Part shown: positions 27,767 to 37,075 of the stretch, piece after piece
Numbering within the stretch: position 1 is the first letter of the stretch
Layout: each line of letters begins with the position of its first letter
IMG/VR virus record: IMGVR_UViG_3300001525_000506
Span: 11,552 to 75,551 of that record
Reading direction: 5' to 3' (one strand)
Source of the DNA: a virus
Taxonomy: Duplodnaviria > Caudoviricetes
DNA length: 64,000 nt
Program-made: the position numbers and the translations under genes
Notes under the pieces: model-generated
What the model was told of the DNA's origin: nothing
The model's database searches: none
What the model saw: only the letters and a program-made list of their open reading frames with translations

Positions 27767-28193
27767 TTTGCACCTCCTTGATGAGTTCGTCTATACCGCA
27801 CGTAACAACGTCATAAGTTAAAGTGCTATCCAAGAGTGACAGCGCCTCCGCTTCTTTGATGTTTTTTACACCTAAATAGTCAAAAAAAATATCTTTCAAC
27901 TTGTTCAGCACGTCGATTTGCGCTTGTTTGACTTTCGATTTGACAAGTTCTTCGTTTTCACAATACTCAATAATGTGTGTGAGCCGCTCAATCTCGGCTT
28001 TGTATTCGGACACGTCGCCGTAGCCTGCTTCGATAATAGCATCTGCGCAAAGTTCATAGACTTTATATTGCCAGCATCCATCATTCTCGGGGTCAACCTT
28101 GTCTGTATAATATGGCGGATTACTTTTGTCAGTAAGCGCATCATCGAATATATCTATCAACACATCTTTCAATTCTTCTTTACTCTTTATCAT
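27747..28193 (-). CDS. Hypothetical protein combining GYGDVSEYK and KQAQIDVLNK modules
   Basis: Both motifs present, each also found separately in the 8.6-9.3 kb genes. Confidence 0.6.
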   Translation of the reverse strand: MIKSKEELKDVLIDIFDDALTDKSNPPYYTDKVDPENDGCWQYKVYELCADAIIEAGYGDVSEYKAEIERLTHIIEYCENEELVKSKVKQAQIDVLNKLKDIFFDYLGVKNIKEAEALSLLDSTLTYDVVTCGIDELIKEVQNVEDNG

Positions 28194-28419
28194 ATCTTTT
28201 CATCCACTCCTCGTTTGCGATTTCTTCGAGTTTTTGAGGCATATATGCCCATAATACAACGGTGTCGAATTCGTTTTCGAAATCATCACATTGTGAGCAG
28301 TTGAAATGCCCATCATATACATTTAACGTAGCAATATAACCTGTTGCACAAAGAACAAGAACTTCTCCGTTCCTCGGCTTTTTCTCTTCGGGTTTGAACC
28401 ATTCAATAGTTGTCTTCAT
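28180..28419 (-). CDS. DUF551-like protein
   Basis: IEWFKPEEKKP..EVLV..VVLWAYMP. Confidence 0.65.
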   Translation of the reverse strand: MKTTIEWFKPEEKKPRNGEVLVLCATGYIATLNVYDGHFNCSQCDDFENEFDTVVLWAYMPQKLEEIANEEWMKRYDKE

Positions 28420-28445
28420 ATTTGTCTCCTTTTGTTTTTGTGCCT

Positions 28446-28486
28446 ATATAATAGCAAACTCCCCTGCGATAACGCAAGGGGGTTTG
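28446..28486 (-). promoter_or_regulatory. sigmaA-type promoter with -35 inside inverted repeat
   Basis: caaacccc-TTGCGT-tatcgcaggggagtttgc-TATTAT. Confidence 0.6.
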
Positions 28487-28511
28487 TGAAAAATTTTTTG
28501 TTTTTTTGTTT

Positions 28512-28706
28512 TTATTTTTGTTCGGTTTCGATTGGGATATCGGTTTCGATATAAATCGGTGCTATCAGACCCCGTTCAAAGAACCAGTCATCAACCCAAT
28601 CTTCCGCGACGTCGTAATCGTGTTTGTCCTTAGAATTGTGTATCTTTACGCCTTTATCGCTCCACCTACGGATATGGTTTGTGTTGAATATTTCGCTTAC
28701 TATCAT
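28512..28706 (-). CDS. Small protein downstream of LRR adhesin
   Basis: TAATG coupling; ends YIETDIPIE. Confidence 0.6.
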   Translation of the reverse strand: MIVSEIFNTNHIRRWSDKGVKIHNSKDKHDYDVAEDWVDDWFFERGLIAPIYIETDIPIETEQK

Positions 28707-29989
28707 TATGCTGTCACCTCACTTGCTTTGTATATATAATCCGCATACGTTGACCAATTCGCTGCTGCTATCCATTCGTCATAGAGCGAATCTGGGACGA
28801 TGATTTTCGCAATGGCATTTATTCTATAAAAAGCATTGTTTCCCAGAGAAGGGATGCTCGTAAATTGAGAAAAATTATAATTCATTAGTGAATAACAATT
28901 ATCAAATACACTGTACCCCAGTTTTGTAACACTATTTGGAATTATCACGCTTTCTAAAACACTACAACCGCTGAAGGCGCTATAACCAATTTCAGAGGGT
29001 GAACCCGAAAACGTAACGTTTGTCAAATTAGAACAAGAAGAAAACACCGAAGGACCAATAACATTACACGGAATTGTAACACTTGTAAGCGATTTACAAT
29101 CACCAAAAGCACTACCATAAAGGGACTTTACGTTGTTGTGAATTACTATTTCTGACAATGCGATACATTCCATAAAAGCATATGTTTGAATCTCTGTAAT
29201 ATTCTTGCTAATCGCAATGTTTGTCAACGCTCTACATTGCCAGAAAGCATTAGTGCCGATGCGTGATATACCCATACCAAGACTCACACTTGTCAATCTA
29301 TCACAACCTTGAAAAGCATAAAGGGAACCTGTTGTAACGCTGTTAGGGATTATTATATGTGTTAATATACGACAAAAACTAAAAGTATGGCTACCAATAT
29401 CCGTAATCTTATTTGATAATGTTACTGTTGCTAAAGACCAACTAAATCCAAAAGCATAAGCGCCAATTTCAGTTATATTTGCCAACCTTGCAGTAACACA
29501 ATAATAATTAAGAGTATTTGTCGATTGCCCAAACAATCCGCTATCCTCGGACGTTGTCATCGTCGTCCCATCACATTTGATAGTATAATCCCCGTATGTA
29601 GTATATGTATGTGTCGTTTCTGTATCACTCGTGCCATCGCCCCAGTCTTTTGTGCCGTCCATATTAAGCGTCACTGATAATCCCGTAACCTTTGTCAATG
29701 TGATATCGAATTCGTTTTGACCGCTCGCCGTAGTGTAAACAGCACCGACCATAACGTTATTGTCGGCGATAGTAATTTTATTATCTGTAATTGCTTGCGA
29801 GGCGCTCCATTCTTGGAACACCAGTCCTTCGTGAGACGGCGCAGCAGGCAAATCGAAACTGTCGCCGTTGTTGCCGCGTTTCTCGAGCAATACGGTTCCG
29901 TCATAATCTATAACTTTAACCCAAAAATCGCCTGTACCTACGCCATGGTCGATTTCGGTTTCGGGAATGAGTCGTACTATTTTCGCCAT
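28706..29989 (-). CDS. BspA/LRR_5 leucine-rich-repeat protein (putative receptor-binding)
   Basis: ~9 repeats IxxxAFxxCxxLxxVxIPNSV. Confidence 0.88.
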   Translation of the reverse strand: MAKIVRLIPETEIDHGVGTGDFWVKVIDYDGTVLLEKRGNNGDSFDLPAAPSHEGLVFQEWSASQAITDNKITIADNNVMVGAVYTTASGQNEFDITLTKVTGLSVTLNMDGTKDWGDGTSDTETTHTYTTYGDYTIKCDGTTMTTSEDSGLFGQSTNTLNYYCVTARLANITEIGAYAFGFSWSLATVTLSNKITDIGSHTFSFCRILTHIIIPNSVTTGSLYAFQGCDRLTSVSLGMGISRIGTNAFWQCRALTNIAISKNITEIQTYAFMECIALSEIVIHNNVKSLYGSAFGDCKSLTSVTIPCNVIGPSVFSSCSNLTNVTFSGSPSEIGYSAFSGCSVLESVIIPNSVTKLGYSVFDNCYSLMNYNFSQFTSIPSLGNNAFYRINAIAKIIVPDSLYDEWIAAANWSTYADYIYKASEVTA

Positions 29990-29990
29990 A

Positions 29991-31703
29991 TTAGTCCTCC
30001 ATTACGATATATAATGCTTGATTTATGTATTTTGTGCCAGTTTCGCCTGTATATTGATATACTTTACCGATATTGCTACCTGTCGCTTTCGCGTCCAATT
30101 CCGCCTCGGATTGTGCCTCTTCAAACACGCTATTGGATAGTTGCTGTTCGAGTACGTAACTGGGTCCGATAGTGGTTGTTTTTGTAAAGTTCGCGGTCTT
30201 ACCGAATATAGCGTTAAAGATGTCGGGACGGTTAATTTTTGTTATAGTCGCAGGTGCCGTATATGTCGTCCCGTCAATTTCGATGCTCTCAGGAATCGTA
30301 ATGCTTGCTTTTGTAGGCGTTTCATCTTCGGGGCTTATGATATACGGGTCTTCTACTCCAAGTTCGGCATAAGCTATCAATACTGCAGCGTCGCCACCCT
30401 TTGCGATTGTGGGAGATATCATAGCACCATAATCATCATTTTCGCTTACGGGATATGGATTTTCTTGGTTTAAGAAAATATATGTTGCTGTATCCGATGC
30501 GAATTCGGCGCTTGGTATCTTTTCTACTAAGGCATAAAATTCGTCGTAAGTGATAGATTGGTTCACATACATAGTCGAACCCACAAAAGCATCACCGACT
30601 TCGAACGGAGACTCGGCTGCGTAGTCATTGTGTTGTATATATTTTTCTGCGACCTTATATACGCCACCCTCAATATACTTGTTGTTGACTTCGCTACCTG
30701 CCATGTTTGTAAGTATTAAAGCGTCATCGACAGCAACTGTGTATGAACCCGTTCTATTTACATAAAGCAATTGGATAACTCCGTTCAAAGAATCCATTGT
30801 AGATTCACCTGTATCACCTTCGAAGTTTGTCCAACCTACATCCCAGTCTTCATCGGCAGTCCAAGTATCTATGACTGTACCAGACTTTATGTGATACAAG
30901 AACGCAGGAGTTGTGACATTACTTACTTCATTGCCTGCGCTATTGAGATAGCTTGCCTCAATACCCAAAGCATAACCATGCGTACCGTCAATATTTGTAA
31001 ATTTATATACTTTAGTTTTAATGTAATATGTTAAAGCCGCTGAGCCAGAACCGCCAGTAATAGTTAGACTAAGCACAACCTTTTCGCTTTCACCCGCAAG
31101 CCACTTGTCAATATATGAACACATACGCTGAATGCCTATGCTCTCGTAATTGAATTTAGCCTGGTCATAAGTTGCAGCTGCAGGCAATGCCATATGATAT
31201 TTTGCATATTCCATTCTCACAAACGAGTCTTTATACTCTGCAGCGATATATGCGTCCATTTCGGCATCGGTCGTAGCGATATATGGATTCGATACGCCTC
31301 CGTCCACGTTGACGGTCACTTGACTGTAAGCATTCACGCCGTCATCTGCAGGATAATATATACCGTTTTCGGTGACGACCTTATCCGAAACTTTATATTG
31401 TCCTTCCAGTTTCTCGCCTTTGCCGTTATATGCTTGATATCCGTCAAGAACCTTCGAGGAATCCGCAGGATTATTTAACGCCTCAAGGTAAAAATACGGC
31501 GCGAAAAAATAAACATACTCGAGTCCTTCCAATTTTCTGGACACTCGATAGATATATCCGTTTTCGTATTCGGTCGCACTCGTTCCCGTATATTTTACGA
31601 ACATGTCTAAATAGCGTTCGCTTAAATATTTAGGCATTTGCGACGAACTTGTAACAATTATGGGATTGGTATCGAGCCAAACCGATAACATTCTTCCTAT
31701 CAT
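29991..31703 (-). CDS. Putative tail/fibre protein
   Basis: Repeated YTGxxxxYxxGxxY motifs; ENGIYYPADDGVNAYSQVTVNV; located in adhesin module. Confidence 0.6.
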   Translation of the reverse strand: MIGRMLSVWLDTNPIIVTSSSQMPKYLSERYLDMFVKYTGTSATEYENGYIYRVSRKLEGLEYVYFFAPYFYLEALNNPADSSKVLDGYQAYNGKGEKLEGQYKVSDKVVTENGIYYPADDGVNAYSQVTVNVDGGVSNPYIATTDAEMDAYIAAEYKDSFVRMEYAKYHMALPAAATYDQAKFNYESIGIQRMCSYIDKWLAGESEKVVLSLTITGGSGSAALTYYIKTKVYKFTNIDGTHGYALGIEASYLNSAGNEVSNVTTPAFLYHIKSGTVIDTWTADEDWDVGWTNFEGDTGESTMDSLNGVIQLLYVNRTGSYTVAVDDALILTNMAGSEVNNKYIEGGVYKVAEKYIQHNDYAAESPFEVGDAFVGSTMYVNQSITYDEFYALVEKIPSAEFASDTATYIFLNQENPYPVSENDDYGAMISPTIAKGGDAAVLIAYAELGVEDPYIISPEDETPTKASITIPESIEIDGTTYTAPATITKINRPDIFNAIFGKTANFTKTTTIGPSYVLEQQLSNSVFEEAQSEAELDAKATGSNIGKVYQYTGETGTKYINQALYIVMED

Positions 31704-31712
31704 TTTATCACC

Positions 31713-33968
31713 TCACGCCATTATATGAGTCAACACGACATTAAACGTTTTTTCTTCTGTCGGTATCTTCTTCGCATAGATTCTTATACCAAAAATGTCT
31801 GCGCCCCAAGTTTCAACAAATGGCGCAAAATTACCGCTATATATATCATCTACGCTTGTCGGGATTACTTCGGGAACATATGTATTTATATCATACACAA
31901 TATTTTGCCTAATGCTGGCTGGACATATCAATTCAATGCTATAATTATATCCATATTCTTGATATTTTGTATCTTGTGTCCAAGAAGATACTCCTGCCGT
32001 TACCGAAAACGAAACTATGTTTGTATCGATTGAGTTTTTCGCCGTTATATCTATCGAGTCAGTCAAGGTTCCATCTGTTTTCGAAAACACAACGGTTGTC
32101 GTTGTGTTATCTTCGGTAATTTCCGTTTTTGTTACTCTTGCGGTGCTAATACCGACGCCCTGTTCGCCTTGTTGTCCTTTTACATTTTTGAAAGCAAAAG
32201 CAAAACGGGGTGCCAATGTTGTTCCGCTTTTTGTCACATCTACTGACGGAGTACCGACATTATTATCAACGGTAGCAGATATAGTTATATTTGGTGTCGC
32301 ACCTGTATCGCCTTGCCCGCCTTTTAATCCTTTGAATTTCAAATTAAAAGTAGGATTCTCCGCAGTTCCGCTTTTTGTCACATCTACTGACGGAGTACCT
32401 GTCGTATTCTCAACGAGTGCAGACATGTTTATATCTGGCGTATTTCCAATTTCACCCTTTAGGTTGCTGAAAGCAAAATCAAATACTTTTCCACCAGGAT
32501 AATCACCGTCATTACCAGTTGTAACTTTTACAGAAGGCGTCCCTACATTATTGTCAACCGTTGCCGTGGCTCGCACGTGCGGAGTTGTGCCATTATCTCC
32601 CTTTTGACCTTTTAAGTTTTTGAAGGCAAGAGTAAATTTTGGGTAATCTATAGAGGTACTTTTTGTTATTTCTACAGACGGGATGCCGACATTATCGTCG
32701 ATGGTTGCCTCCATTGTTATAAACGGTGTTTTTCCCGTCTCGCCTTTTATATTTTTGAACGCAAAGTCAAAAACAGGATTTGAAAGTGTACCACTTTTTG
32801 TGACTTCTGCAGAAGGCGTCCCTACATTATTATCGACAGTTGCGGATATGCTTATATTTGGAGGAGCACCTCTTGTTGCGAGAACAGCATATACATACAA
32901 AGGTTCTTTTATATCAGACGCGCCTCCAATATGTCCGATAACCAAAAAAGTATCACCCGAAACAGAGTTTTCCCAAAAATATATTATATCATCATATATG
33001 GATACTTCTCTATTATACCATTGCGCTTGTCCAGACAAATCGTACCAACCGTTAATTTGAGGGTCAGTGTCGAATACGAGTTTTGTTTGACAAATAACAT
33101 ATCCTAAACCTGTTTTTCCCGTATTACCCGTAAAACAAACCGCAGTCGTGCTGTCGAATTGCGCCGAAACGATTTCGTCATCGGATATATTAGTAACCGT
33201 TGCCATTACGACATAGTCTTTGGAAGTGTCCTCGAGTTCGTAAAAATACAAGAAACTCTCGTCTTTTTTCGGCATTCTGTTGAAATCATCCGCTTTCATT
33301 TGCATGCTGAAAACAGTCCCGTCTTTTGTAAACGCGTCTTCGGATTCTTTTTGGTCTATTTTGTTGTAAACGAGTTGCGGTCTGAGATAATCGCCGAGAA
33401 TATATTGTTGCAAAAGCCAGTTAAACTCAGAACTGTTCACGATACCGTCGGGCAACAGAACCGCATCCTCGACCGTAAACGCAACGCGTTCGAGAGAAAG
33501 CCAATTTGATATGACAGTAGAATCTGCAACGGCAACTTTTCCAGCCTGAATCGTCATCAAGACCGTTCCGCCACGCTTAAACACATCGCCTTCGGAAACG
33601 TATTCGATAGTGGTTTTGTCTGCGTTTGCGAGTTCGGAAAGCCTTCCACACGGAACTTCTATTGCAAAGAACTCGTACTCTTTGCCGTATTGGAAGTGTT
33701 TAAGGTCACGGTTCCTGTCGAACGGAACGGTTTTTGTCACGAGATTATCATCGCGGGTTACGGAATAATCTTCGTTCAAAACCTCGCCGTCTGCGAGTTG
33801 GAACCAGTATTTTAATGAATATATGTTTTTCGCGATTTTGCCCGAATCGGGTCTGCTGGCATCTTCGATAAAAACATTGACCGTATTCACGCCAACGTTG
33901 TATTGTCGCAATGCCTCATCGTTTATAGTTTCGAGCAATGTGCCCTTGCTGTCAAAATATAAATACAC
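31713..33968 (-). CDS. BppU-like fibre protein with five ~46-aa repeats
   Basis: GTG start after aaggag; N-terminus YLYFDSKGTLLETINDEALRQYN paralogous to 45432-46286; repeats SATVDNNVGTPSVxVTKSGT..F.F.FKN.KG..G. Confidence 0.75.
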   Translation of the reverse strand: MYLYFDSKGTLLETINDEALRQYNVGVNTVNVFIEDASRPDSGKIAKNIYSLKYWFQLADGEVLNEDYSVTRDDNLVTKTVPFDRNRDLKHFQYGKEYEFFAIEVPCGRLSELANADKTTIEYVSEGDVFKRGGTVLMTIQAGKVAVADSTVISNWLSLERVAFTVEDAVLLPDGIVNSSEFNWLLQQYILGDYLRPQLVYNKIDQKESEDAFTKDGTVFSMQMKADDFNRMPKKDESFLYFYELEDTSKDYVVMATVTNISDDEIVSAQFDSTTAVCFTGNTGKTGLGYVICQTKLVFDTDPQINGWYDLSGQAQWYNREVSIYDDIIYFWENSVSGDTFLVIGHIGGASDIKEPLYVYAVLATRGAPPNISISATVDNNVGTPSAEVTKSGTLSNPVFDFAFKNIKGETGKTPFITMEATIDDNVGIPSVEITKSTSIDYPKFTLAFKNLKGQKGDNGTTPHVRATATVDNNVGTPSVKVTTGNDGDYPGGKVFDFAFSNLKGEIGNTPDINMSALVENTTGTPSVDVTKSGTAENPTFNLKFKGLKGGQGDTGATPNITISATVDNNVGTPSVDVTKSGTTLAPRFAFAFKNVKGQQGEQGVGISTARVTKTEITEDNTTTTVVFSKTDGTLTDSIDITAKNSIDTNIVSFSVTAGVSSWTQDTKYQEYGYNYSIELICPASIRQNIVYDINTYVPEVIPTSVDDIYSGNFAPFVETWGADIFGIRIYAKKIPTEEKTFNVVLTHIMA

Positions 33969-34039
33969 GGAAATTATCTCCTTTTTCGTTATATCATTAG
34001 TATAAAACAAAAAAATATGTTAGTCAAGATTTACAGAAC

Positions 34040-34189
34040 AAAAAAATCCGCCCCACCAAAGTATTAACGACGGCTCGGAAAGCGAGCAATCTTCTTTGAG
34101 TAGAGCGGTTGTGTTACGGGTTCACGGCAAACTAAACAACATTCGCTATCCGTAACGATTGTGTAAGATTACTTTCGGAGGAACCTCAC
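34040..34189 (-). ncRNA. Putative ~150-nt structured sRNA (rod with central bubble)
   Basis: Own promoter TTGACA-17-TAGAAT; paired CTCCGAAAG/CTTTCCGAG, TAATCTT/AAGATTG, GTTACGG/CCGTAAC; ends at GC-rich stem plus T7; no meaningful ORF. Confidence 0.6.
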
Positions 34190-34195
34190 ACACAT

Positions 34196-34224
34196 ATTCT
34201 AAAATATTTGTACGACGTTGTCAA
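34196..34224 (-). promoter_or_regulatory. sigmaA promoter for sRNA
   Basis: TTGACA-acgtcgtacaaatattt-TAGAAT. Confidence 0.75.
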
Positions 34225-34227
34225 CCC

Positions 34228-34677
34228 CTATTTGACGACTCTCATATAATATTTTAATGTTTTGCATTTACCGACGTCTTTATCATCGAGCCAGTCTTTT
34301 GCCAATTGTGCATACGTTGCCGTATCGAAACGCGGATTATAGTAGTCGCTGTAGCACATATTTATTGCAGAGAAGAAGTCAGACGGGTCGGCATCGGGCG
34401 CGTATTGCTTTCGAACCGATTCCGTTTCTTCCCACGTCCAATGACCACCTCGAGAGCCGTCCTTGTTCTCCATAGCCGAAACCCATTCTTTCGCGAGGTC
34501 TTCTCCGAGATGACCATCATGAGCGATTTTATGGACTTTGTAAACGATTTCGCAATACTCGTCCTTGTCGCTCTCACGCAAATCTTCGACTACTTCATTG
34601 AACAATTCTTCGAGTTTCTGCATATCTTCGGGCTTACCGTGTTCGATTATATGACGTATATCGTGTTTTAATATCAT
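34228..34677 (-). CDS. Cassette gene 7: helical protein
   Basis: AKEWVSAMENKDGSRGGHWTWEET..AINMCYSDY..LAKDWLDDKD. Confidence 0.75.
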   Translation of the reverse strand: MILKHDIRHIIEHGKPEDMQKLEELFNEVVEDLRESDKDEYCEIVYKVHKIAHDGHLGEDLAKEWVSAMENKDGSRGGHWTWEETESVRKQYAPDADPSDFFSAINMCYSDYYNPRFDTATYAQLAKDWLDDKDVGKCKTLKYYMRVVK

Positions 34678-34886
34678 TTTTGTTGTCCCTTTAAGAGAGC
34701 TATTATCTCTTCGTTCTGTTTTATGATGGTTGCCAGCATAGAGTTTTGGTTCTTTCGGAGTTCATCCATGATGCCGTCCACTTGTTGTTGGTTCAAATTC
34801 AGGTTTTCTAACCCGATTATGAACGAAAGTACCGTTAATACATCTAAAAAATCTAAATTCCAATCGTCCATACTGACAACCGCCAC
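34674..34886 (-). CDS. Cassette gene 6: small TM/coiled-coil protein
   Basis: LDVLTVLSFIIGLENL..IIKQNEEIIALL. Confidence 0.7.
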   Translation of the reverse strand: MAVVSMDDWNLDFLDVLTVLSFIIGLENLNLNQQQVDGIMDELRKNQNSMLATIIKQNEEIIALLKGQQK

Positions 34887-34889
34887 AAA

Positions 34890-35306
34890 TTAGAGTTTAA
34901 CTACGGTCATATCCGCATTCGAAACCGTAATCGCCACACCGCTGTTCAAGAGCGTAAGCGTATCAATAATGTTTTGACTATTGTACGTTCTTACGATTGC
35001 CGCGAATGACAAGCTGCGGACTTCGGTCGTTGCCGTCGTTATGGTCGTGCTTGCAGTTCCACCTACAACTGCCGTGCCGTTTTGTTGGAGTGCGATTGTA
35101 ACCGTACCCGCAGCAGGAGCCGTGAACGTAACCGTCACATTTACGAGATAGAAGTTGGAACCGCAGTCGCTTATTGCTACTCCAGTACCTGATTGCACTA
35201 TCTCTCCACCGCGTCTACGCACAGTATTTGAAAACGGGATTACAGCATTTGCCAAGACGGAAGTTGAAGTCGTTGTTGCAACATCAATCAATGATTTACA
35301 AGACAT
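34890..35306 (-). CDS. Cassette gene 5: BclA C-terminal/TNF-like beta-sandwich protein
   Basis: All-beta, Thr/Ala/Val-rich: VIPFS..FYLVNVTVTFTAPAAGTVTIALQQNG..NADMTVVKL. Confidence 0.65.
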   Translation of the reverse strand: MSCKSLIDVATTTSTSVLANAVIPFSNTVRRRGGEIVQSGTGVAISDCGSNFYLVNVTVTFTAPAAGTVTIALQQNGTAVVGGTASTTITTATTEVRSLSFAAIVRTYNSQNIIDTLTLLNSGVAITVSNADMTVVKL

Positions 35307-35408
35307 ATTTGAATCTCCTTTATTTTATTTTTGAAAGAGGGACAAGGTTTTTGCCCTGCCCCTCTAAAATCGTCGGCTAACAGAGCCTTAATTCAGTTTA
35401 GACCCAAA

Positions 35409-35969
35409 TTAGATTGTGCCGTAGCCATATCCGCAACCGCAACCGCTGCAGAACGGGGATGCGCCCGCGTTATAAGTGATTGCTTGAGGATAACGGACTA
35501 CGCCAGACAACGCTTGTTGAAGTTCAAGTTGGCTGATTTTGCCTTGCAATGCCGAAATCTTGTCCTCAGAGAGTCTGTCGAGAATCTTTTGAGTTTGTGC
35601 CGTAACGTTCGCGTTGATAAGCGCGGTGGATTGGTCGATACGAGAATACGTCGAACCAAATTGCTGTGCCATTTCGTAACCGAGACTGCACAAACCGTTT
35701 TGGATTGCGTCCGTTTTGCGTTCGACAACGTTACCGTTGTTCATTACTTGGCTTTCGAGACGAGTGAAGTTTGCGCTGTTGTTCAAATCTTCAACAGTTG
35801 CGCATCTGCCGTCAGCTCCGCGGTTGCCCCAGAGACCGCCACCGCCCCACATCATAGCGAGTATGGCGAAGATAACCAAAAAGGAACCATCACCGCCGAA
35901 AATTCCATCGTTACCATAGCCGTAGCCAGGGTTCATACTCATTACAGGTTGAATACCAGAACCTTCCAT
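35409..35969 (-). CDS. Cassette gene 4: Gly-rich TM plus coiled coil plus Cys/Gly tail
   Basis: GIFGGDGSFLVIFAILAMMWGGGG; TQKILDRLSEDKISALQGKISQLE; FCSGCGCGYG. Confidence 0.8.
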   Translation of the reverse strand: MEGSGIQPVMSMNPGYGYGNDGIFGGDGSFLVIFAILAMMWGGGGLWGNRGADGRCATVEDLNNSANFTRLESQVMNNGNVVERKTDAIQNGLCSLGYEMAQQFGSTYSRIDQSTALINANVTAQTQKILDRLSEDKISALQGKISQLELQQALSGVVRYPQAITYNAGASPFCSGCGCGYGYGTI

Positions 35970-36034
35970 TTTTTGCTTCTCCTTTTATAAATTTATTTAT
36001 ACACATCGACATAGACGTCATTTGCCGATTTGTA

Positions 36035-36283
36035 TCATTGTTTCAGCGCGTTTATCAAATCTTGCGGATTGATACCTTGCTGTTTGCACATATTTTCCAA
36101 GACCGTTTGCGGATTTTGTCCTTTGCACATTCGCATAACTTGTGCGAATCTTGGGTCGTTTTGTAACATAGCCATAGGATTGCCTCGTGCCATTCCCATA
36201 ATGCCTTTGACTTGTTGAATATTTTGCATTAGTTGCGGAGGCAAACCGCCGCCGCTACCACCGCCGTTTCCAAGTATGTTCAT
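36035..36283 (-). CDS. Cassette gene 3: Gln/Met/Asn-rich small protein
   Basis: NPMAMLQNDPRFAQVM..GQNPQTV..MCKQQGINP. Confidence 0.75.
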   Translation of the reverse strand: MNILGNGGGSGGGLPPQLMQNIQQVKGIMGMARGNPMAMLQNDPRFAQVMRMCKGQNPQTVLENMCKQQGINPQDLINALKQ

Positions 36284-36382
36284 TTTTCGTCTCCTATTCC
36301 GATAAATTCACGAAGTGCTTTGTTTTCGCGTTCGAGTTCGACTACGCGTTCGCGCAGTTTCTTGTTTTCGGTCGCGAGTCGC

Positions 36383-36862
36383 TTACTTGGCTGTGCCGTT
36401 GTTGCTACTGTTGACGATGTTTGTTCCTGTTCCATTCGCAGTTCCACTCCTTACTACTGTTATTTTCGATATTTTGTCTGTAAGCGCTTTCAATTCGTCC
36501 TGTAATGCCTCAAATTCGCCTCTCGGCACATATCCCGACAAATCCACTTGCGGTTGCGCTTGTTGCGTCGTATCGCTGTTACACTCGGTTATTTCATAGG
36601 CTTTGACTTCGAATTGTCCATTCGCGTCAACTTTCTTTTGATACAATATCGATTTCTCGTTATCTAAGAATATAAATTCACTATTAGGCGGGAGCGGACG
36701 CATACGAACATCCTCGATACCGCTTACGAACGTTTTATTCGTGTTCACTTGCGACGGGACAGGTTGTTGTTGCGGTGGCATCGAATACGGATTAAACGGA
36801 TATCCGAACGGTTGCGTCGCTGTCGGCATCGTGTTGAAACTGTAATTGGGATAATTAGCCAT
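36383..36862 (-). CDS. Cassette gene 2: Pro/Gln/Tyr-rich N-terminus plus small beta domain
   Basis: FVSGIEDV..LPPNSEFIFLDNEKSILYQKKVDANG..VDLSGYVPRGEF. Confidence 0.75.
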   Translation of the reverse strand: MANYPNYSFNTMPTATQPFGYPFNPYSMPPQQQPVPSQVNTNKTFVSGIEDVRMRPLPPNSEFIFLDNEKSILYQKKVDANGQFEVKAYEITECNSDTTQQAQPQVDLSGYVPRGEFEALQDELKALTDKISKITVVRSGTANGTGTNIVNSSNNGTAK

Positions 36863-36968
36863 TTTCGTTTTCCTCCAGGATTAAAAATATATGTTCATCG
36901 TTGTCGAGTACGGTATATATCGAACTCGGCTCGACTTGTATCAATCCTAATTCTTCATAAATTTCCAT
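36855..36968 (-). CDS. Cassette gene 1: 37-aa acidic peptide (not in ORF track)
   Basis: MEIYEELGLIQVEPSSIYTVLDNDEHIFLILEENENG; RBS aaggcggt; stop overlaps next start. Confidence 0.5.
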   Translation of the reverse strand: MEIYEELGLIQVEPSSIYTVLDNDEHIFLILEENENG

Positions 36969-37000
36969 AGCCGTACCGCCTTGTGATTTCTTTCAACTTG

Positions 37001-37029
37001 ATTGTAAAGCCTGTTTTTGCGAAATTCAA
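37001..37029 (-). promoter_or_regulatory. Cassette promoter
   Basis: TTGAAT-17-TACAAT; TCTACA direct repeat immediately upstream. Confidence 0.65.
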
Positions 37030-37075
37030 TCTACAGTTAATCTACATTTTCGAAAAAGTTGTATAAAAAAACGAG

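Noticed and set aside
32170-32880. CRISPR array
   Set aside because: The repeats are in-frame protein repeats; no repeat-spacer array was seen anywhere in the window.
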